Origin: Schmidtea polychroa
Taxonomy: Eukaryota
Length of the DNA: 64,000 bases
NCBI GenBank assembly: GCA_044892525.1
Contig: CM097886.1
Coordinates: forward strand, 78,616,001-78,680,000
Reading direction: 5' to 3'
A model generated the notes under the pieces. The model saw nothing but the letters and a program-made list of their open reading frames with translations. It had not been told where the DNA came from and ran no database searches. This document shows positions 17,279 through 26,808 of the stretch, in pieces. Each line of letters starts with the position of its first letter. Position 1 is the first letter of the stretch. Both the position numbers and the translations under genes were made by a program.

Positions 17279-18022
17279 TCACTTCTCCCACCCCGCATCC
17301 GCCAATAGCTCATCTAGATCAAAAAACTCGGAGGCATTCTCCTCCCAAGTCACACCAGCGGCAGATATGATTCACCCTGGGATTCCTACGGTCAGATCGA
17401 TCGTTACGGGTGGATCATTCGAAACACTTGGGGGGTTGGCAGATAGTTCTCGTTGTTTGACAATTGCCCGTTCACGTTGGCGCTTCTTACGCTCCGCTCT
17501 GGACAATTGGCGACGCTTAGGTTTTGAGGGGTTAGCAGACAAGATTGCCGAGGACGTCGTGGCTGAATGCGATACCTTGCCAGTGCCGGGAGTAGGTACG
17601 TCCGATGGCCTGGGGGAGAGGTCGGCCTCCACACATTCCTGACAAGATCTTTTCGACAAGGGTGGCGAACTAAATGAAGGTTCATGGTGAACGGGGAAGA
17701 CATTGTCCGCTTCTTTAATCGGAATACTAACGATCCTTCGGGTTGTAGCGGCTTGAACGTAAACTTTATGTAGAGCTTCGGACTGCTCTTTGATTAGGCT
17801 ACGCTGAGCTCTACTTTCGCTTATCAAAGCATCGCGACAATGCTCACTGCGGTACAATTTCTTTTGAACTTCCTTCATTTGTACTGGGCTAAACCATGTA
17901 CCTTCCAGATCGTCGATTTTCTTTTTATATCGACCGATCTGGGCCTGTAATTCTCGGATTACGGTGTTTTTGTCGGCACAGGAGAAACAGGGTTTGAGCG
18001 ACGGCTTCGAGCTTGGCAACAT
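17279..18022 (-). CDS. Orphan protein (~247 codons, one internal TGA at 17372-17374)
   Basis: Long GC-richer open frame with CFSC, a coiled coil, KRRQLSRAERKKRQRER and, in frame after the TGA, WEENASEFFDLDELL. Homologous to 7476-7880. Confidence 0.75.
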
Positions 18023-20049
18023 TTTTGATAACTGTAACAAAGAAACAATGAGCATAAGAATTAAGATCAGCGAGCTCTACTAAACTAGTATGGACACAAT
18101 CATTTGTTGATTTTCGTAAAATTAAGTAAAAGGGGAAAAATTAAATGATATAGTTTCGTTAGAAATAGCGTTAATTGCATTCAGTGAATTTTTAGATGTC
18201 TATTTAGGGTGTAAGAGAAATTAACATATGGATAATACTCTGCCAAAAATTTATGGTTATACTTAAAATATTCATTACCTACCGTTATCTGAGATTTTCA
18301 AATATTTACGTGAAAAATGACTCGCGAATGTATTGACATAATGGACATTAGATTTACAGTTTACCACAGAAATGGTTTAGGAAGAATCAGGAATATTTGC
18401 ATGATTGAATAATTAATGCTCATTTTTGCACATAGCTTTTCGACTACAGATATTTATTTTTGAAAAACGTAAAACAAAATTCTCCAGTGCCGCGTGAACG
18501 ATCCTTAAATTAATGGCCCCAAATTGTAACTCATATTTGAATATTAAATTCAGAAAACCCGTTTAATCAACGTGCTACTATTAGATTTTTAATAAGTCGC
18601 GTATGATCAGATTTCTATCCCCATCCTAAAAATCAATTTAGTTATTTTTCATTATAGAGTCTACTGGTGCAATCAACCTATAAAATTCAGTCGATTATTA
18701 ACAGTCATCCGGCGACGCATGAATCACTCGTAGAAATCATTAGCCACATGAATCGGAAAGATACATATCTATTGGAGATAATTATGTCATGAGCGTGTGC
18801 TTCAATTTTTGTTCTCACCGTCAATAGCGGGCTGGGAAAAGGATGCATGCGGCATATGTCAGTGTGTATTTATATGTGGCAATGCGTGTGATTTGCCTTG
18901 TCTGTTTTCTTACTATCTATGTCAACGGGTTGCAGCTGATCGTCTCACACTGCGAGTTGGAATTATTTTAGTTATTCAATATGTTCTCTATGAGTAATTC
19001 TCACCGCGCATGAACGTTGGAATTTTATTCTCGCGATGTGCCGTTCCCTCCGTTTTTCAACTTGGGTGTTGTGATTTCGGGAAATATTCCCAGCAGTTCC
19101 TTCAACAGAAATCTCTCTTATTTTGGTCGAAAGAGTCATTTATAGAAAGAACCTCGCGTTGCCGCTATCGTGGATTTTCAGAAGCAATGGAAAAATTACA
19201 GCGTTTGTTGACAATTATATTTATACTACAAATCTTTTGTTGAATAAATCTTTATTTATGCTCTCTATATTCTGATTTCGCATTTGATGAACCTATTTGT
19301 ACGCAGTTAATTTTGATAGAAAAATATTTTTCTGCTAAAAGATAGAATGTCAGTTGATGTCAATATACGATTTCTGATGTCGGATGAAATTTCAGAGTGT
19401 GATGTTTACTAAGAGTTTGTAGCCACCTCAGTCATTTTCAATTCAAATTTGCTCTACTTTTCAATATTGGAATATATTCCTCTGTACTTTAAACCCGTGC
19501 TTGCAGCATTTTATTTCCCTCAGCGACGGACCCGTGAGGAAGCCCCCACATTCCGGCCCACGTCAGCTGCGTGATTGAAGAGATCCACACCCGCCGGCTG
19601 AGCTCCCGAAGGCTCCTCATACCATGGCGTGGGTCTCCTCAACTCCACGTTTCTCAAAAAATAATTTTAGCATAATCAATACGTTCGATGACAAAACATA
19701 GTATAAAGATTTATATATCATTAACCTTTAAATTAATTTATGAACTATAAAATCATTAAAAAATTGACATCGAATGGAGAAGTTTTTATTCAAAGGTTAG
19801 GTTAATATAATAGAAATATTTAATCCTTCAAAAATAAATTTCATAACAGCAATACATCCTTACTTTATTATTTGAAAAATTCTGTAGTTCCAAAGGCTGA
19901 GCCGAAATATAAACTGATCGAATCGGTTATATGAATGAGTAGTCTATAGAACTGTCCCTAATAGTCGTCTGAGTATGGTTTGGTTTTCCTGATTGTCGAG
20001 TACCTATAATTGGTTTGGTTTTAACATTTTTATAGTTAATACTATTCTT

Positions 20050-20135
20050 ACCTATAATTGGTTTGGCTTTAACATTGACTATAGTGAATTTGCTGTTTAC
20101 TTATATAGGTATTTTTTGTTTATGCGGACCAATCA
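20050..20135 (-). promoter_or_regulatory. Putative CCAAT box, TATA box and splice donor in the element terminus
   Basis: The minus strand reads ctgattggtcc...cctatataag...ccaattatag|gtaaga (donor at 20051). Confidence 0.45.
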
Positions 20136-20460
20136 GAATTGAGTACCGCCTTATTTTATTCATTTAATTTATTTTCCTTGTTTTTGGGTTATTTCTTCTT
20201 ATTTTCTTTATTAAAATTATGTTTTTATTTATTTCCCTTAATTTCCTTATTATCTACTGCCTTTTACGTTATTTTTCGTCATTCTATTGTCCTATTTAAT
20301 TGTTCTTATTTTTATGTTTTTGTTTTAATTCTTATTTTCTAATTATTGCTTTTCTTATATTCTATTCTATTTTATTCCTCAATCTATTTATTTTATTTTT
20401 TTATTTTTCTTTAGTTAAGTTTAACCTGATTTCCCAGCTATCTTTCGGCTCAGCCCAACA

Positions 20461-20737
20461 TTATTTAGCTTTTGAATCCGAGATAAATAATTATTTATTT
20501 GAAAACTTATCTTCAAAGGATGAAGATATAATTAATTACTGGAAAACTAATTCTATCAGGTTTTCTTTACTTTCTAGCATAGCAAAACAGTTTCTATCGT
20601 GCGCTTCGACTAGCGTTCAATCTGAGCGTGTTTTCAATTGTGATAGAGATGTAATAACTGATCATAGAGCTAAAATTCTTCCTGAAAATGTTGAAAAAAT
20701 TGTTTTTATAAAAGTAAACAATAAATTTTTAAGTTAA
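20461..20737 (+). pseudogene. hAT transposase C-terminal dimerisation domain (3' part of 15330-16707)
   Basis: IINYWK...LSSIAKQFLSCASTSVQSERVFN...RAKILPENVEKIVF. Confidence 0.88.
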
Positions 20738-20949
20738 ATTATTTTTAAACTGGTTTAAAATTTTTTTTTGTTTCGGAAATTTAATATGAAATATCAGCTA
20801 TAAATAAAATTTAAATGATCATAACAGATAAGTTATATTAATAATTAATATTAAAAGATTGTTTAAATATTCTTATTTCTTTTAAATTAAATATTATTTA
20901 AATTACTATACAATTATTATTTTTCATTTAATTACTATTTTTCAAACCA

Positions 20950-21170
20950 ATGCTACGTCGAAGCTTAAGCCGAATTGAACCATCTGCTGAAGATATAAAA
21001 GAAGTAGAAACTTATTTCAAATCTCAAAATATTTTAAAAGATAAAGATTTGTCAAAGTCTTTATTAAAGCCATATCGAGACAAGTACCATCGCGAAAAAA
21101 TGGGTATTTTTAATTTTATAATTTTGCTATATTAATATTTATTTAAGAAGTTAACCAACAAAACGAATGA
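20950..21170 (+). CDS. CDC26: CDC26/APC12-like anaphase-promoting complex subunit (58 aa, two exons)
   Basis: MLRRSLSRIEPSAEDIKEVE resembles the CDC26 N-terminus [20 protein letters not shown]. Exons 20950-21103 and 21148-21170, separated by a 44-bp GT-AG intron. Confidence 0.6.
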
Positions 21171-22972
21171 GTCTTTCTCTGTTTAAATCAATTAATGGAA
21201 TTATATTGTTAATAAAGTTAATAAATTATGTCTACAATATTATTATTCAAACATCAGCATTCAACAAAAATAATATTTTTTTTCAAAAAATAAATATTGA
21301 ACCTTATAGACCTTTTATGAATATTGCTCATTATATTTTATGTGTGTATGTAAATATTGTTTTCGATTATGTATTCAAGATTTCATTGATTGTAGTTTCA
21401 AAATTATTTTAAGTTAATAATTTATATATACATTATTCTTGAAATACCGAAAAACAGTTTAAATGCTAGCAAATTAAACTACGCCAGATTTGTATTTTGT
21501 TATCAGTCATTACATTTTTATAATTTGAGGATAATAATTACGAACCTAGAAAATTCTACTTGACTGTTAGCTAGCGTGATGTCAATTTATTGAAATTAAC
21601 AACAGCAAAATAACATGTAGAGAGATGATGGAAAATAACCTCGTTTTAATTAAAAATGTGATATGAATAACTCATGCGATTATTGCTGTCTAACAATTGA
21701 AAATATTTGATAAGTAATTATAATAAAATCTAGTTCACATTTTCGATATAATAATTTCAAAGTCTTCCATTAGAAATTATTTACCGTTGACCTAACTTTA
21801 TTTGCTACTGATGGAATTGGGCTCATGGCTCGAATTCTCTCATAAATCCAAATCACAAGTGACATTGGTATTGTTTGGAGATCGAAAAACAGCCAGTTCA
21901 GATTGTCAGGCTTATTTAAAACAAACATTTCTCAATAATACTTAAAATAATTCAGCAATTTTTTAGCTCTCTTTTGATACTGTTTCTGAGAGGCAGTTAT
22001 CTAGAGATATTTAAGAGTTTCCAAATTGTTTTAATTTGTTTATCCTAGATTGGCTCTCGAAATATTCCCTCTCTTATTTGATCAATCGGGTTTCCCATGG
22101 GCTAGGGCTTTCCATTACAAATTAATTTGTTTTTTCGCATGAACTTTCCCTTTGAAAACATTATTAAATTTTCATTATAGTTTCTGAACTCGTCTATCAA
22201 TTTAGAGTTCAATCATACCCAATATTGAAGTTTTTGCACTTTTATTGATTTTACCTTTATTAAAAAATAACACCAAAAAATAGATTAGTACAAAGGTGGC
22301 AAATTTCAATGAGCATATGGAGTTTAACTGCAATCTTAAGATGAAATGAAAGATTAAATGACTTAAAGAAGTAGAAAAATTATTTAAATATAATTGGTTA
22401 TATGACCTTATTTGTAATTTAAATCCTTGGTTGTCAAACGGTACTTAAGAGTACCATAAATATTTAGTCTATGTCCAAGATGTGATTAATTGAAACAAAA
22501 ATTCTTTCAAGTACCATCAATCAGTGTTGTTTACAATAAGGGTACCAATAAATTGGTGCTAGAAAGTACCTTTGGTCAGATATTTTCATTTCAACTAAGG
22601 ATTACAGGAATAAATCCAATTTAACTATGAATTTAAAAATAAAACAGAATTCTCGACAATTCCAGCAATTAATTATTATTTCATGAAATTTTATTACAAT
22701 TATTATGTACAAAATATGAACATTACGCCCAAAATTTCTAAAAATTCAAAAGGCCACTTACTGTATCGTCTCTTTATATACAAAACAAATGTGAAACATA
22801 AATATAAATAATGTTATAAAACTGGTTAAAAAATTCTCAAAAATCCACATCTTTTTTACAAGACACTGAAAAATAAACATCTTTTTATATCACCTGATCA
22901 TACGATTTAGTTTCAAGGTAAATAATTAATATTTACGAGGGAAACATAATAAATGATAATTTGAGTAATAGT

Positions 22973-23224
22973 TTATTCTGTATGTGATCGATTTCGATAA
23001 TTTAATCTTCGATGCGATTTTAACATATTTTGCATTGACTGTGAATTACTGAAACTTTGATTGTTGGGCTGCTTAGAATGATGTTTATAAATACTGACTA
23101 ATGATACTATTAAATCGAGTGCTGATCCCATACCATTAGGCATCATATCAGAAAATGAAGAATAGGAATGCCGTTTATATGAAGAATACCTTTCATTATT
23201 TAAAGTACATGATTTATGAAGTGC
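22973..23224 (-). CDS. Candidate terminal exon of an unidentified host gene
   Basis: Strong acceptor (ttttttatctttttag) followed by 83 open codons (ALHKSCTLNNERYSSYKRHSYSSFSDMMPNG...) and a TAA. Confidence 0.4.
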   Translation of the reverse strand, partial: ALHKSCTLNNERYSSYKRHSYSSFSDMMPNGMGSALDLIVSLVSIYKHHSKQPNNQSFSNSQSMQNMLKSHRRLNYRNRSHTE

Positions 23225-24882
23225 CTAAAAAGATAAAAAAAGTTATTTAACAAATATTTTAATATTGTTATTTTAATATATTTAAAAAATTTTTTCTTTT
23301 CACTTGTTTAAAATTCTTAAATCTGTCTCATTTATTCATCATTACTAATTGTGCATCACACATACAATATGAAATAGTTTTTTCCTAAAACATGATAAAA
23401 AAATGATTTAAAGATAAATCAAATAAACTTACACAAAAAACAAATGAATTAATAATCTACCAAATATAAAACACTTAAAAAAGGTAATGCAAAAAATATC
23501 AAATTAATAATTCAAACAAAATAAGAAATTCGGAAAATATATGCAACAAATTGAAAATGAAAAATTATTTTGAAATAATATGAAATGAAAGAATTTAAAG
23601 AGAAAATAAAATTTTAATAAGTGTGGAATTTAATTCAACACTTTTTACTATATTTGAAATACATCAAAATTTACTTAAAATGGTTTTATTGAAATCACAA
23701 TTCACAGAAAATCATTATGTGATTTTTGTCCAAAACTCATATTACATTTATGGATATTTTTGTGTTAGACGTATTACTCATACAAAAATTAAAGACAAAT
23801 TGATAATATATCTTACGAAAAGCGCTGTTATGATTTTTCATCTCTTTCCAGATTCAGTAATTGACCATTGTAGACGAAAATGGAACGTACGTATTCTATT
23901 TCAACTGACAGCTGTATGATAAAACCGATTTTCCGGAGCATAAAATGAGCTTTGACAGGTTGATTTTCGGTATCAAGCAATCGCCATAAAGTAAAAATGT
24001 GCTAACTTGAGAGCTTTAGGACCGGATAACCAAAAATTTTAATTTAAACAGATATTTTTACAAACACCATGATATAAATACGATTAATAATAATTAACAT
24101 GTAAGTTTACGATAATATGAGTATCATTTCTTTGAACCATACTAAAACTGTTAATCAAATCACTTCATACATAGTTGGCTTCCTGACTAGTAAAACATGG
24201 CCAATGGCACGAAAAGAACCATAAGGTATGTTTGACAGATATTTACCACGCCAAACCGGGATGCCTGGCAACATTACATAAGGAGACCTCTAGTGTGAAC
24301 TTAAAATTATTTTTTAATCGATATTCACAATGTTATCGATGACATTTAAGATACAACGATCACTTTATACTAATTAACTGGTGTTGCATAAAATCCAACT
24401 AAGATTAAGATACAGTTAAATTACACATAAAACAAAATTTGTAGATTAAAGAGTCTCCAGGAGAGATTCAACTGTTTCGTATGTTTGCGGCAAAAAATGA
24501 GCGATAGAACAAATAATAGTTTAATCTTTTTGGTACTATCAATAAATCTACATTTTTTTCATACATCGTTTTTCAATCTATATACATTTAAAATAGATTT
24601 AAAAAAAATCAGTTTCAAAGTTCCTCACATAAATTAAAGTACTACATCAATTTAGCGTAAATAACGTAAACCATCGCGTCATATTATATTAAAATTAACC
24701 AGAAAGGCGAAACGGTTAATCTATAACTCTCTTTACGATACAATCACTAAGATAGCATTTAAGTACTTTCCATATTTTTAAGACTCTTTTATAAACTCAA
24801 ATATTTAGCAGTAACTCACTTTTGACCTACATCCCTATGACATGCCTGGTTCGCAATTATTGATTTGATTTCAAAGTATGCC

Positions 24883-25420
24883 TTGTTTAACAACAATAAC
24901 GAACTCCAGACAATACAAAACTTTTATTGATTAACACAATTGATCACCATTTACAGTGATACCAACGATTCAATATTACAATATTACAATCAATGCCCTT
25001 CTGGAGAAATAGCCCATTTACAACACAATTCGGAATTCGATATAAACTCTATATAGTTGCTTTCTTAGCTTTAACTTGAATTTACTCGATAACTTTAATT
25101 TGTTTAAAATCGTTTCTCTAATAACTTCGTAATTCATCATAGGTTTTGTTTTAATTCTGTTTTCTTCTTTTCGTTACAACTTCTGTTATTTTGATTGTTT
25201 TGGTTCTGTTTCCTTTTATAGTCTGCAATCTTACTGATATTGACTTTAGTTTATATTCCTTTCTCCAGTACATCCCCTTCGGCCATTTTCAGTTCCTCTA
25301 TCATCTATGACAGCTGTCGAGATATATAATTTTTAAAAGACGTCATCTATCGGCTTCCCCGGTGATCCTTTCTTAATCTTGTATAGAGAAAATCAAATTT
25401 AATTTCGAGTTGGGTAACCA
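24883..25420 (-). mobile_element. LTR-like segment
   Basis: Ends ...aataaaag...ttaaaca on the minus strand and shares tctcgacagct motifs with the 12.4-kb LTR. No TSD found. Confidence 0.35.
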
Positions 25421-26477
25421 ATAACGCATGAATTTTTGTCTATAAACTCGGATTATATATGCCCAAATAAATATCCCCTATTCAATAATTACTAATTATT
25501 AAAAATATGAAAAAAATCCATAGACAAATTTGGCAAATGTGAAGCCCTTATCTGCTTAGCTGTAAAATTAATTGTCTTGCTTTGCACTGGATTTGAACGT
25601 TCTGCACTCAAGAGCATTAGTAATTAATGTGCAACAATTACTATAAAACTGAGTAAACGAAAGGAGTTGTAATTTAGAGGACATTGTCAGTAGGGTTTAG
25701 AAATATTTGTCATGTGATTAATGTAACTTTTGCTTGTACTTAATATCTATTAAACTCGATAGATAAACTGCCTATATCGTCAATTGTAGTTTTTCTCAAA
25801 CTATGAGCAATGACTTGTTTTAGAATTTTTAAATTTAAACTGAAAAAAAAGAAATCACACTACAAAGTTCTTAATAATAGGCTAGACTAAATAAAATTTG
25901 TTCAATCGAGATTTCAAGTAAAATAGAATAAAGCATAATGTACCCAAAGTTTCGTCACTTAAACTGAAGTGAAGTTAAACATTACTTAGGTAGTTCAGCG
26001 AGGTATATAATTTCAGGTAAGGAAACAGTAAAAACATATCCGGCTATCGGAAAATAGGTTTTAATAAACAAAATTTCTTTAATGACAACCTTATAGCATT
26101 TTCTTCATTACTTGTGATAAAAAATAACAGAGATACTTCCTTTCAATAAATAGTTTTGAACAAAACTTTACAATTTAGACATTGTACCGAATACTGATTA
26201 ATATAGTTGAAAATGATATTCGAACACATCTTTCTCATTTACATTGTTTTAGATATAAACTTGAGGTTAATTCTTTTATTTTTATTTAAGTATTATATAA
26301 ATTTGAAGTTATTTTTTATTGTTTGATTTTTCATCTAAAAACAAATAAGTGAAATGCTATTTAAAATAAAAATATTTTTATAATAATTAATGCAAAATAT
26401 TTATATTATGGTTATAAAATATTTGAAGAACCTCGAAGTTTTTTCAGATTTCGGGAGTTGCAATAAGAAAAGTTTAA

Positions 26478-26682
26478 CCCTTTAACCACTGAAATTGAAA
26501 TACGAGGAACCGAAGTTCTCAACGAAACTGAATGTGTTTGATCGTGTTGAAACCTACAAGTTATGGCCGGGAGTTTTACAGACGAAAAACGGTCTTAGTT
26601 GTTAGAGCGCAAAAAATTTTCAATTTAAACTGAATGATGATTTTATGATGACCGTCTGTAGACGGTTTTAGTAGTTAAAAGG
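26478..26682. mobile_element. piggyBac-type MITE (205 bp)
   Basis: TTAA TSD on both sides. TIRs CCCTTTAACCACT / AGTAGTTAAAAGG. Confidence 0.85.
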
Positions 26683-26808
26683 TTAAGCATTAATTTATTG
26701 GATATAATATACACAGACATTTAAACTAAAGTATCACAAGAGATTTAGGCAGTGAAAAATTAAGAAATCAGAGTTGCAAAACGTCAATCGTAGTCTAACG
26801 CTATAGTA

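Larger units (their letters stand above)
16708..20460 (-). mobile_element. 3.75-kb TG...CA element with 4-bp TSD carrying an orphan gene
   Basis: Ends TGCTGGGG / CCCAACA, TSD TTAT (16704-16707, 20461-20464). Removing it restores the hAT frame (...FKNSYLAFESEINNY...). Confidence 0.85.

Noticed and set aside
21500-22150. Long minus-strand frame with many TAA stops, suggesting a TAA=Gln code
   Set aside because: The frame also contains TGA and TAG, has no recognisable motif, and TAA ends other ORFs here in the expected place. Better explained as AT-rich noise or decay.
26179-26265. Plus-strand AG/GT-bounded candidate exon TLYRILINIVENDIRTHLSHLHCFRYKLE
   Set aside because: Could not be joined in frame to neighbouring exons or assigned to a family.
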